The notes under the pieces are model-generated. The model saw only the letters and a program-made list of their open reading frames with translations. It was not told the origin of the DNA and ran no database searches. A stretch of 64,000 nucleotides of DNA from an uncultured Rikenellaceae bacterium (lineage in GTDB: Bacteria > Bacteroidota > Bacteroidia > Bacteroidales > VadinHA17). The stretch lies in NCBI GenBank assembly GCA_963770745.1, contig CAVYRA010000001.1, positions 123,020 to 187,019 on the forward strand, given 5' to 3'. How positions within the stretch are numbered: position 1 is the stretch's first letter; each line of letters begins with the position of its first letter. The position numbers and the translations under genes were made by a program. Shown here piece by piece: positions 41,025-50,433 of the stretch.

Positions 41025-42691
41025 AATAGTCCGCTTATCTGTCCCTGGTCGTTGATGTCTATCTTCTCTGCTGACGGCACCGATGGCAGTCCCGGCATTC
41101 TCATGATTGCGCCGGCGATAGGGACAATAAATCCTGCTCCTGATGAGAGCTCCACCTTCCGGATGCGAACCGTAAAGTCCCTTGGCCTGTTGCGCCGGGA
41201 CTGATCGTCTGAGAGAGACTTCTGGGTCTTGGCGATGCATACGGCAAGATTCCCCAGCCCCAGGTCTGCTATCTTCTTCAACTGATCTTTGGCTTCAAGG
41301 GTGTACTCGACATTCCTTGCACCGTACATCAGCGTGGTGATTGTCTCAATCTTTTTTTCAAGCGGCCAGGCGAGGTCATATAGCGGGGTGAAACAGTCGG
41401 TGCAGGCAACAGCCGCCTCAATGACCGCTTCGGCCAGCTCGACGGCTCCCTTGCCTCCTTCTGCCCAGGCAGTATTGACAGCTACCCTGACATTATGTTC
41501 TTCACAGTACCGCTTCAGGAGATCTATCTCTGCCTGGGTATCGGAACTGAAGCGGTTCACGGCAACTACCGGCCTGAAACCGTAATAATGCATGTTCTCA
41601 ATATGCTTGTCGAGGTTCTCAAAACCTTTGGCCAAAGCTTCAAGGTTCTCGTTGGCCAGCTCTGAGAGTTTGACGCCGCCGTGATATTTCAGCGCCCTGA
41701 TTGTGGCCACAATGACTACTGCATTGGTCTTGAGTTTGCCCACCTGCGACTTGATGTTAAAGAACTTCTCGGCGCCAAGTTCACTTGCAAACCCGGCCTC
41801 AGTGACAACGTAGTCACTAAGGGAAAGGCCGATCTTCGTTGCAAGGATGGAGTTGGTTCCCTGGGCAATGTTTGCGAATGGTCCGCCGTGTATAATAGCA
41901 GGGGTGCCTTCAAGGGTCTGGACCAGGTTGGGCTTGAGTGCGTCCTTGAGAAGGGCGGCCATGGCTCCCTGTGCCTTCAGGTCACGTGCAAAGACAGGTT
42001 TGCCGGCATAAGTGTACCCTATGAAGATGTTGCCAAGCCGCTCCTTCAGATCACTGATGCCTGTGGCAAGGCAGAGAATGGCCATCACCTCCGAAGCGGC
42101 CGTGATGTCAAAACCGGTCTCCCTGGGCACACCCTGGGTAGTTCCGCCAAGACCGATGACAATATCCCTGAGGGAACGGTCATTCATGTCCATCACCCTC
42201 TTCCATGAGATCGTCCTGGGGTCAAGGCCCAGGTTGCTTTCACCGGCCTGTACATTGTTGTCAATCATGGCCGATAACAGGTTGTGAGACTTCTCTACTG
42301 CCGAGAGATCACCGGTAAAGTGAAGGTTAATGTCCTCCATAGGTATCACCTGCGAAAATCCGCCGCCGGCAGCACCGCCCTTTATGCCGAAGACCGGCCC
42401 CAGCGAAGGTTCACGCAACACAACCGTTGCCTTCTTGCCAAGAAGGTTAAGCCCCTGGGCAAGTCCGATCGATGTGGTGGTCTTGCCCTCGCCGGCAGGT
42501 GTGGGTGTGATGGCGGTAACAAGTATCAGCTTTGCCTTTGCCGCTTTCTTCTCGTCAATCAGTGAAAGCGGCAGTTTGGCTTTGTACTTTCCGTAGAGCT
42601 CGAGGTCATCTTCAATCAGGCCAAGTTTAGCGGCAACCTCTGTAATGGGCCTGATAACGGCACTCTGAGCAATCTCTATATCTGTCTTCAT
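41021..42691 (-). CDS. fhs: Formate--tetrahydrofolate ligase
   Basis: TAITPTPAGEGKTT, LREPSLGPVFGIKGGAAGGG, HGGPFANIA and MRMPGLP motifs. Confidence 0.98.
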   Translation of the reverse strand: MKTDIEIAQSAVIRPITEVAAKLGLIEDDLELYGKYKAKLPLSLIDEKKAAKAKLILVTAITPTPAGEGKTTTSIGLAQGLNLLGKKATVVLREPSLGPVFGIKGGAAGGGFSQVIPMEDINLHFTGDLSAVEKSHNLLSAMIDNNVQAGESNLGLDPRTISWKRVMDMNDRSLRDIVIGLGGTTQGVPRETGFDITAASEVMAILCLATGISDLKERLGNIFIGYTYAGKPVFARDLKAQGAMAALLKDALKPNLVQTLEGTPAIIHGGPFANIAQGTNSILATKIGLSLSDYVVTEAGFASELGAEKFFNIKSQVGKLKTNAVVIVATIRALKYHGGVKLSELANENLEALAKGFENLDKHIENMHYYGFRPVVAVNRFSSDTQAEIDLLKRYCEEHNVRVAVNTAWAEGGKGAVELAEAVIEAAVACTDCFTPLYDLAWPLEKKIETITTLMYGARNVEYTLEAKDQLKKIADLGLGNLAVCIAKTQKSLSDDQSRRNRPRDFTVRIRKVELSSGAGFIVPIAGAIMRMPGLPSVPSAEKIDINDQGQISGLF

Positions 42692-42783
42692 AGGGGAGTG
42701 ATTGTTTGGGATAAATTTAAGATTTAATTCAGTTTCATTAGAACAATTATTTCTTGTGAAAGTTTAGTTCAACAAAAGGAGAC

Positions 42784-44148
42784 TTACAATATTTCTTTAA
42801 AGCCAGGCTGTTTTTCCATTCGCATGCGCCACGACTGCGGGTAGCCGTTATTCAACCTGTTTCCAAGGTTATTGACAAAACCCAGGGGAACCCCCCGGTA
42901 ATTCACGAGTACTCTCCCCAGGGGCATCGACGCTACAGGCTGCATCTCGAGCCTGAGAAATGAGACAGCCTCATCATATGACAGTCCCTGCTCAGGCCAC
43001 GAACCGCGCTTCTGTCGCACAGACATGGCAAGGTCATGAGCCGGAACAAGGTCATCATTCTTCAATTCGCCAATCATGGTACCCGACTTTATTACAGTCA
43101 GCCTTTCGCTCAGATGGCTTAATACATCCGTATCGGTGGCCAGCGCCATGATCCTGTTGCCAGCCATGATCACCCTGCCGCGGTCAAAGTCAGCCAGTGG
43201 CTCCGCCCTGCTGAATGCCGCAGCAGAGGGTCTTAAGACTCTCTTTCGGTCATAGCGGAGTGATGCTGCGGTCACATCTGGCTTGCGTACCGCCGCAATG
43301 AAAAAACCCTCTCCCCGAACCTTATCCGGATGAAAGCCATAGCCTTGCATGCCACCGTGGCTGATGACGGTGACACCGCTGGTACCGGACAGGTCGGCAG
43401 TCAAAGACTCCGCTCCCGTAGTCTCCGTGATCCACGAGATATTCTCCTCATTCTCGGCAGGATTGAAGGTGCAGGTCGAGTAAATCAGTATGCCTCCGGG
43501 TCTGAGTGCAGGCCAGGCCTCCATCACTATCCTGCGTTGCCGATCGCTGCAAAGCCTGCCATTTGAAGGAGACCACTCTTTCACTGCCGCAGGAGAACGG
43601 AACATACCCTCCCCCGAGCAGGGGGCATCGGCCACAATGACGTCAAAGAAGCCCGGTAGTGTGGCAAAACGTGCCGGATCGTTCTGAGTAACAACGGTGT
43701 TCCCCATGCCCCATTTCGTGATGTTCTCCGTCAGTACGGCAGCCCGTGCCCTGATCACCTCATTGGCCACAAGCAGACCGTCATCTGCGAGGAGCGCCGA
43801 GAGATGGGTGGACTTGCCTCCGGGGGCTCCGCAAAGGTCGAGGACACGCAGCCCGGTCATTCCGGCTGTCAGCTGCCGGAAGAGTTCCCCGGCAAACATG
43901 CTGGATGATTCCTGAGGATAATATACACCTGCATGAAAGAGGGGATCAGGCGTGAAGAGAGTCTTCCCCGGAAGATAATAACCATCCGGCTCCCAGCTTA
44001 CTTTCTCGTACCCTGTAACGGGGTACGGCCACTTGTGCCGATTGACCCGCACGGATGTCTCCGACGGCCGGTTAAGAGCATCCGCAAGTCCGGTACTGTC
44101 AATGTATGGCTGGTTTCTTATCCGTTCCAGGAACTCTTCAGGAAGCAT
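42784..44148 (-). CDS. RsmB/NOP family rRNA cytosine-C5 methyltransferase (RsmF-like)
   Basis: LDLCGAPGGKS, DAPCSGEGMFR and YSTCTFNPAENE motifs. TATCTTTG box at 44167-44174 on the minus strand. Confidence 0.92.
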   Translation of the reverse strand: MLPEEFLERIRNQPYIDSTGLADALNRPSETSVRVNRHKWPYPVTGYEKVSWEPDGYYLPGKTLFTPDPLFHAGVYYPQESSSMFAGELFRQLTAGMTGLRVLDLCGAPGGKSTHLSALLADDGLLVANEVIRARAAVLTENITKWGMGNTVVTQNDPARFATLPGFFDVIVADAPCSGEGMFRSPAAVKEWSPSNGRLCSDRQRRIVMEAWPALRPGGILIYSTCTFNPAENEENISWITETTGAESLTADLSGTSGVTVISHGGMQGYGFHPDKVRGEGFFIAAVRKPDVTAASLRYDRKRVLRPSAAAFSRAEPLADFDRGRVIMAGNRIMALATDTDVLSHLSERLTVIKSGTMIGELKNDDLVPAHDLAMSVRQKRGSWPEQGLSYDEAVSFLRLEMQPVASMPLGRVLVNYRGVPLGFVNNLGNRLNNGYPQSWRMRMEKQPGFKEIL

Positions 44149-44220
44149 CCTCGTCTGTTATGCAGGCAAAGATAAGCATTGAGGCCATACCGGTATATAA
44201 TAATAATACGGCCCCGCGGA

Positions 44221-44838
44221 TCATGCGATGAGCTCACGCCCCGAGTCCCGGAGCAAACCAAGCGACCATTTAATGATTACTGCTGAGCTGATAAGCGCTG
44301 CAATGGCATCAACATAGGAGAGACCCCATATCATTGCTACCACCAGCCCGATTATGGCCGCCACACTGGTAACAGCATCGGCAAGCACATGAATATAAGC
44401 AGCCCTGATGTTGTTGTCCCTCTCCTCATTGTCATGGTGCAGCAGGAAAGCGCTCAGAATGTTAACACCAAGACCGATGAAAGCGATGATGATTGCTTCC
44501 TTGTATTCGATGACACGCGGATTGATGAACCTCCCTACGGCACCCGCGATGATCATGCCTGCAAAAATCAGCAGTATGAGTCCGCTTGTATACCCGGAGA
44601 GTGTCAGCACTTTGTCACGGCTTCCGGTGAACGAAGGGTTGGCGGAGAGCTTCTGAACAAGCACATAAGCAGCCCAGCTCAGACCGATGGCAAGCACATG
44701 CGAACCCATGTGTATACCGTCAGCCAGAAGAGCCATGGAGCCTGTGAGCAACCCGGCAATGATCTCAATGACCATCGTAACCGCTGTGAGGATGACAACC
44801 CACCCGGTCCTTTTCCTGTTTCTTTCAATTGCTGTCAC
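44221..44838 (-). CDS. CDF family cation efflux transporter (DmeF-like, short)
   Basis: SMALLADGIHMGSH and NIRAAYIHVLADA motifs, six TMs, GTG start, no C-terminal cytoplasmic domain. Confidence 0.85.
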   Translation of the reverse strand: MTAIERNRKRTGWVVILTAVTMVIEIIAGLLTGSMALLADGIHMGSHVLAIGLSWAAYVLVQKLSANPSFTGSRDKVLTLSGYTSGLILLIFAGMIIAGAVGRFINPRVIEYKEAIIIAFIGLGVNILSAFLLHHDNEERDNNIRAAYIHVLADAVTSVAAIIGLVVAMIWGLSYVDAIAALISSAVIIKWSLGLLRDSGRELIA

Positions 44839-44868
44839 GTCTAATAAACGAAGAGTCCAGCCTTTTGT

Positions 44869-47502
44869 TTATTCAGCAACCTTCGTTTCCTTGCCGGTCA
44901 TCCTGAAACGCGCGATCATAACCCGGCCCGGTTCCCCGGCGACTGCCCCTGAAGATCCAGGCTGCATGCCACCAACGGCAACGGTGAACCATCCCGGTTC
45001 AATAACCCTCGCTTCCCTGTCGTTGATCAATGAGAGCTGCTCCGCCTTCAGCGTGAACTCCAGAGTCCGGCTCTCACCGGCTGCAAGATGCACCCGTTTG
45101 AATCCTTCGAGCTGACGCACAGGACGCGGCGTAGAGGCCTTTTCATCAGTCAGATAGAGCTGTACAACCTCATCTCCGGCCATCTTGCCGGTATTGGTGA
45201 CGGTAACTTCCACCCTGACATCACTGCCTGCAGCCATTTTTTCCGGTACCCTCAGGTTACTGTAGGTAAATGATGTGTAACTCAGGCCATAGCCGAACGG
45301 ATACAGTGGGGTACCCGTGAAATAGCGGTATGTGCGGTTTGCCATATCATACTCCTCAAACGGCGGCAGCTGGTCAACGGAGCTGTAGTATGTCACCGGA
45401 AGCCGCCCTGCGGGATTGTAGTCACCGAAAATCACGTCAGCCACGGCACTGCCTCCCTCAACGCCAGGGTAACCGGCGAGAAGCACTGCTGCCGCCTTCT
45501 CCTGCGCCTGCAGTGATGCCACGGGACTCCCGTTCATCAGCACAACAACCACCGGTTTGCCGGTTGCAAGAACGGCAGCCAGCAGCTTCTCCTGCATTGC
45601 CGGGAGGTTAAGATTGGTGCGGTCGCCACCCTCAAACCCGTCTATCTTTATTCCCATCTCCTCCCCCTCAAGTCGCTGAGACAACCCCAGGGCAAGAATT
45701 ATTACATCAGCATCTGAAGCCTTTGCGACCGCTTCTTCAAGTATGTTTTCCCGGGGTGTTGCCCACAACAGTTTTACATCAGCATCACCGCTGTAGTTTC
45801 TGTAATAAAGCTCGATCCTGTACTTTTCCCCCGCCTTGAGTTCCAGAGGAATCTCCTTATGGAATCCGTGATGTTCACCGCGGAAAGACATCACCTTTTC
45901 TCCGTTAAGCAACAATTCGTAAGACGAAGAGGCCCAGGTCCCGAGATGGTATGTCCCGGTGGCTGGCGCAACGAGGTCCGTCACCCAGTGTATGCCGAAG
46001 TCATCTGCCGGCATCAGCCGGTGAGGCGAGTCATTGTCCCAGTAAAAATCAATGTTGTCATCAACCCTGGTAAAAAGAGGCTCGCCCTCCATATCCCGAT
46101 TGTCATAATATTTTCCGAGAGCTCCCTGCCGTCCGTCTGGTGTTCTGAGAAAGCAGGAAGGAACAGGGAAGAGATTGTGCACACCGGGGGCGAGATCGCT
46201 ACCCTCAGCATATGTCACATCAATGCATGCTGCAGCCTTGGCTCTGATACCCTCCAGCACCGTGACAGGGTCCTTCGGTATGCCGTTATAGTTGCCCACC
46301 AAAGCTTCCCAGTTATCGGCATTGGGTCCGACGACCGCGATCGTTCTTATATCCTTGCCGAGAGGAAGTATCCCATTCTCATTTTTGAGAAGGACTATCG
46401 ATTCACGGGCAGCCTGGCGCGCCAGCGACCTGTTATAGTCCGAGCAGTTAACCTGGTAAGGGATCTGGGCATATTCAACAATAGTGTCCGGATCGAACAT
46501 TCCCAGCCTGAAGCGTGCCGTCATCACTCTCTTAACGGCCCTGTCAATATCCGATTCGGTGATCAGTCCGCGTCTGTAAGACTCCATAAGGTGGTTGTAG
46601 TCTACGCCGCACTCCAGGTCGGTGCCGGCCTTAAGGGCCTGGGCGGCTGCTTCGGCGGCATCCTTCGCATAGCCCTGATATTTATAGAAGTCAGATACTG
46701 CCCAGCAGTCGGAAACAATATATCCGTCAAATCCCCATTCGTTTCTGAGGATTCCGTACAGTTCGTCGTTAGCGCATGCCGGATGGCCCCGGAACTGGTT
46801 GTAGGCTCCCATGACGGAGTACACCCCACCCTCTTTAACCAGGGTGCGGAAAGCAGGCAGATAGGTCTCACGCAGGTCGCGCTCACTCACCAGGGCATTG
46901 AATTGATGCCTCAGAGGCTCGGGACCTGAGTGTACCGCATAATGCTTGGCAGTGGCAACCGTCTTAAGGTACCTGGGATCTGAACCCTGCATGCCCTGCA
47001 CAAAACGCAACCCGAGACGCCCGGTCAGGTAAGGATCCTCGCCGTAGGTCTCATGTCCCCTGCCCCACCGAGGGTCACGGAATATATTTATATTGGGAGA
47101 CCAGAATGTGAGACCGTGGTATATGCCATGGTCTCCCCGCCTGATAAATTCGTGATACTTGGCCCTTGCCTCATCGGAGATGGCATTGGCCACATCAAGC
47201 ATCAGATCTTCATTCCAGCTGTTGGCAATTGTGATCGACTGCGGGAAGACGGTGGCATATCCCGCGCGTGCCACCCCGTGCAGCGCCTCATTCCACCAGT
47301 TGTACTCCGGAACACCCAGCCGCGGTATGGCAGGAGCGGTGTACAACAGCTGGGCTGCCTTCTCCTCAAGGGTCATACTGCCCACCAGGGCATCAACACG
47401 CTCTTCATAGGATAGGTCAGCATTAAACCATATGTGATTCTGGGCATTCTGTACCTGGATGACGGACATTCCGATCATCAGGAAAAGCATTCTCTTTTTC
47501 AT
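44869..47502 (-). CDS. GH3 beta-glycosidase (beta-xylosidase/glucosidase) with PA14 insert
   Basis: WWNEALHG, RDPRWGRGHETYGEDP, KHYAVHSGPE and VSDCWA motifs, with C-terminal Fn3-like domain. Confidence 0.93.
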   Translation of the reverse strand: MKKRMLFLMIGMSVIQVQNAQNHIWFNADLSYEERVDALVGSMTLEEKAAQLLYTAPAIPRLGVPEYNWWNEALHGVARAGYATVFPQSITIANSWNEDLMLDVANAISDEARAKYHEFIRRGDHGIYHGLTFWSPNINIFRDPRWGRGHETYGEDPYLTGRLGLRFVQGMQGSDPRYLKTVATAKHYAVHSGPEPLRHQFNALVSERDLRETYLPAFRTLVKEGGVYSVMGAYNQFRGHPACANDELYGILRNEWGFDGYIVSDCWAVSDFYKYQGYAKDAAEAAAQALKAGTDLECGVDYNHLMESYRRGLITESDIDRAVKRVMTARFRLGMFDPDTIVEYAQIPYQVNCSDYNRSLARQAARESIVLLKNENGILPLGKDIRTIAVVGPNADNWEALVGNYNGIPKDPVTVLEGIRAKAAACIDVTYAEGSDLAPGVHNLFPVPSCFLRTPDGRQGALGKYYDNRDMEGEPLFTRVDDNIDFYWDNDSPHRLMPADDFGIHWVTDLVAPATGTYHLGTWASSSYELLLNGEKVMSFRGEHHGFHKEIPLELKAGEKYRIELYYRNYSGDADVKLLWATPRENILEEAVAKASDADVIILALGLSQRLEGEEMGIKIDGFEGGDRTNLNLPAMQEKLLAAVLATGKPVVVVLMNGSPVASLQAQEKAAAVLLAGYPGVEGGSAVADVIFGDYNPAGRLPVTYYSSVDQLPPFEEYDMANRTYRYFTGTPLYPFGYGLSYTSFTYSNLRVPEKMAAGSDVRVEVTVTNTGKMAGDEVVQLYLTDEKASTPRPVRQLEGFKRVHLAAGESRTLEFTLKAEQLSLINDREARVIEPGWFTVAVGGMQPGSSGAVAGEPGRVMIARFRMTGKETKVAE

Positions 47503-47545
47503 CAGTGAGCATATCTTTTTTAACGATGTTAAAGTTAGGATTTAT

Positions 47546-47553
47546 TACCTTTG
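47546..47553 (+). promoter_or_regulatory. -7 box (TACCTTTG) for the oxidoreductase-DUF1080 operon
   Basis: TAnnTTTG about 48 nt upstream of the ATG at 47602. Confidence 0.55.
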
Positions 47554-47601
47554 GGAACAGCCCTGGCAGAACTTTCAGAATATCATAACAGCAATAATAT
47601 T

Positions 47602-48948
47602 ATGAGCAACAGAAGAAACTTTGTGAAAAACAGCCTCCTGGCTTCAGCCGGAATCGCAGGACTCGGATCGGTGACATCAGCATACGGCATGCCCGGCAGA
47701 AAAGTGAGTCCGTCAGACAGGATACGTGTGGCACTCATCGGTGGTAAAAACATGGGATGGTCCAACCTTGAGACATTCCTTAAATTTCCGCAGGTGGAAT
47801 GTGTTTCGATATGTGACATTGATGATGAGTGGCTTTACAAGAGAGCCTCTGATGTTGAGAAGATTGCCGGCAAAAAACCCGGGCAGCTTGTGAAGGACTG
47901 GCGGAAAGTGACAGACAACCGTAATGTGGATGCAGTGATTGTTGCTACCCCTGATCACTGGCACTGCCTGCAGTCCATCGCTGCCATGGAGGCCGGCAAG
48001 GACGTCTATTGCGAGAAACCGCTTGCCAACTCCATCGACGAGTGTGACGCCATGGTCAGGGCTGCAAGGAAACATAACAGAGTGGTACAGACCGGGCAGT
48101 GGCAGCGGAGCGACCCGCACTGGCAGGATGCGGTGGCATTCATTCATTCCGGCAAACTGGGCCGTATCAGAACCGTCAAGGTGTGGGCCTACATGATCTG
48201 GAAGAAGACCCTTCCCATTCAGCCTGACGGCCCCGTGCCGGCCGGGGTGGATTATGAGATGTGGCTCGGTCCGGCCAGGCACCGGCCTTTCAATCCGAAC
48301 CGTTTCCACTATAATTTCAGGTACTTCTGGGACTACGCCGGGGGACTGATGTCGGACTGGGGAGTGCACCTTCTCGACTACGCCCTGCTTGGGATGAAAG
48401 CTGACCTTCCCAGGGCAGTCTATACCGCAGGTGGCAAATTTGCCTACCCGACTGATGCCATGGAAACGCCCGACACATTGCTGGCTTCGTATGTCTATGA
48501 CGATTTCACCATAAGCTGGGACCATGCCTGCGGTATCAAGGACGGACCCTACGGTCGCGAGCACGGGCTGGCGTTCTTAGGCGAAAATGGAACACTGGTG
48601 CTTGACCGCAATGGATGGGAAGTGATCGCCGAGGTGGATTCTGCACCGCGGATGGAAGCTGTGCCCCTCCGGACAAAATCAGAGACGGTGGAAGGACAGG
48701 CGGTTGCAGGCGGCGGGCTTTCAGCTCATGTGGCAAACTTCCTCGATTGCATGTCAACACGGAAACTGCCGAATGCCGATGTGGCCATCGGGGCGCAGGT
48801 GGCAAAGATGACCCATCTTGCGAATGTATCATGCAGGCTGGGGAAACCTCTGACCTGGAATAGCGCCGCCGGCAAATTCGGCGAGAATGATGCCAATGAA
48901 CTGATCAGGCCATACTATAACGCACCCTGGAAATTCCCTGAATACTAA
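47602..48948 (+). CDS. Gfo/Idh/MocA family oxidoreductase with Tat signal
   Basis: MSNRRNFVK twin-arginine signal, ATPDHWH, YCEKP and DWGVHLLD motifs. Confidence 0.92.
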   Translation: MSNRRNFVKNSLLASAGIAGLGSVTSAYGMPGRKVSPSDRIRVALIGGKNMGWSNLETFLKFPQVECVSICDIDDEWLYKRASDVEKIAGKKPGQLVKDWRKVTDNRNVDAVIVATPDHWHCLQSIAAMEAGKDVYCEKPLANSIDECDAMVRAARKHNRVVQTGQWQRSDPHWQDAVAFIHSGKLGRIRTVKVWAYMIWKKTLPIQPDGPVPAGVDYEMWLGPARHRPFNPNRFHYNFRYFWDYAGGLMSDWGVHLLDYALLGMKADLPRAVYTAGGKFAYPTDAMETPDTLLASYVYDDFTISWDHACGIKDGPYGREHGLAFLGENGTLVLDRNGWEVIAEVDSAPRMEAVPLRTKSETVEGQAVAGGGLSAHVANFLDCMSTRKLPNADVAIGAQVAKMTHLANVSCRLGKPLTWNSAAGKFGENDANELIRPYYNAPWKFPEY

Positions 48949-48965
48949 CCTAAACTTTTGTAAAT

Positions 48966-50315
48966 ATGAAATCAAAACTGGTACTGATATCGCTCTCCGT
49001 CATACTGACATTTGCCGGATGCGGGAAAAGCGACTGGCAGGAGCTTTTTAACGGCAAGGACTTCTCAGGCTTCGTACAGCTGGGCGGACAGGCCCGATAT
49101 ATCGTTGAGGATGGGATTATGGTCGGAATCTCCACCGCCGGTACTCCAAACAGCTTTATGTGCACCGCAGAGGAGTACTCCGACTTTATCCTTGAGTTTG
49201 AGGTGAAGGTCGACACCCTTCTCAACTCCGGCGTACAGATCAGGAGCCACAGCCGGGATGCCGGCAGCAACGTGCTTGTCTACGGCTACCAGATAGAGAT
49301 TGACCCTACCGACAGAGGATGGAGCGGCGGCATCTATGACGAGGCAAGGAGAGGATGGTTATACCCTGTCACCCCCAATAACGCAGGTGCTGTGAAAGCA
49401 TTTGACCGTTACGGCTGGAACAGTTACCATGTGGAAGCAATAGGCAGCAGGATCAGGACATGGATCAACGGAATTCCCGTTGCAGACCTTGTTGACGATG
49501 CCGATGCTTCAGGATTCATCGGTTTCCAGGTTCATGCCGTGAGAGATGAGCTGGCAGGTACCCGGGTAATGTGGAGGAATATCAGGATTGTCACTGAGAA
49601 TTTTGAAAAATACCTGAATACCGATACTGATGCAATCTACCAGGCTAACTTCATACCGAACACGCTGACTGACAGAGAGGTGAGCGACGGCTGGCAGATG
49701 CTGTTTGACGGCACCACGCCGGCAGGATGGAGAGGCGCTCATCAGAAAGAGTTTCCGGAATCAGGGTGGGTCATTGAAAACGGATGCCTTAAAGTGCTTG
49801 CCTCGGGAGGCGCTGAGTCAAAGGGCGGCGGAGACATAGTCACCCTGAACCAATACGGTAACTTCGACCTGTTCTTTGAGTTCATGATAACCGAAGGGGC
49901 CAACAGCGGAGTTAAATACTTCGTCACTGAAGATTATGCAACAACAGGCTCTGCAATCGGCCTGGAATACCAGATCCTTGATGACCAGAGGCATCCCGAT
50001 GCAAAAATGGGGCGCGACGGTAACAGGACCGTGGCCTCGCTATATGATCTCATACCTGCGGCCAACAAGCGCTTCAACGGCGTGGGGCAATGGAATGCAG
50101 CACATATCGTTTCATTAAACGGCCATGTGGAGCACTGGCTCAATGGCTTCAAGGTACTGGAATATGAACGGGGCAACGAGGCATACCGCCAGCTGGTTCA
50201 GGAGAGCAAGTACAAGGATTTCACCGGCTTCGGCGAGGCAGAAAAGGGCCATATCCTGCTCCAGGATCACGGCAATGAGGTCTCTTTCCGCTCTGTTAAA
50301 ATACGGGAACTGTAA
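48966..50315 (+). CDS. Tandem DUF1080 (3-keto-glycoside-processing family) lipoprotein
   Basis: Lipobox FAGC and two repeats of LFNG/LFDG...NSG...YQI...G(F/H)I-Q-H. Confidence 0.88.
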   Translation: MKSKLVLISLSVILTFAGCGKSDWQELFNGKDFSGFVQLGGQARYIVEDGIMVGISTAGTPNSFMCTAEEYSDFILEFEVKVDTLLNSGVQIRSHSRDAGSNVLVYGYQIEIDPTDRGWSGGIYDEARRGWLYPVTPNNAGAVKAFDRYGWNSYHVEAIGSRIRTWINGIPVADLVDDADASGFIGFQVHAVRDELAGTRVMWRNIRIVTENFEKYLNTDTDAIYQANFIPNTLTDREVSDGWQMLFDGTTPAGWRGAHQKEFPESGWVIENGCLKVLASGGAESKGGGDIVTLNQYGNFDLFFEFMITEGANSGVKYFVTEDYATTGSAIGLEYQILDDQRHPDAKMGRDGNRTVASLYDLIPAANKRFNGVGQWNAAHIVSLNGHVEHWLNGFKVLEYERGNEAYRQLVQESKYKDFTGFGEAEKGHILLQDHGNEVSFRSVKIREL

Positions 50316-50325
50316 AGCGCTGTTA

Positions 50326-50356
50326 AGGCAATAGGCAGTAGGCAATAGGCAATAGT
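50326..50356 (+). repeat. TAGGCA[A/G] heptamer array downstream of DUF1080 gene
   Basis: aggcaat aggcagt aggcaat aggcaat agt. Confidence 0.88.
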
Positions 50357-50357
50357 A

Positions 50358-50423
50358 GAATTTGCGATTTGCGATTTGCGAATTTTGATTAATCGACAAT
50401 CGAAAATCTGAAATCGAAAATTC
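50358..50423. repeat. 66-bp imperfect palindrome of CGATTnn heptamers (two 33-bp arms, no insert)
   Basis: gaatttg cgatttg cgatttg cgaattt tgatt | aatcgac aatcgaa aatctga aatcgaa aattc. Confidence 0.88.
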
Positions 50424-50433
50424 TTAAGCCCTT

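Noticed and set aside
45859..46929. Long antisense ORFs (356 aa here; also 47713-48564, 55621-56322, 50725-51387, 57249-57908)
   Set aside because: They are shadows of well-supported genes on the opposite strand in moderately GC-rich DNA and show no recognisable motifs.
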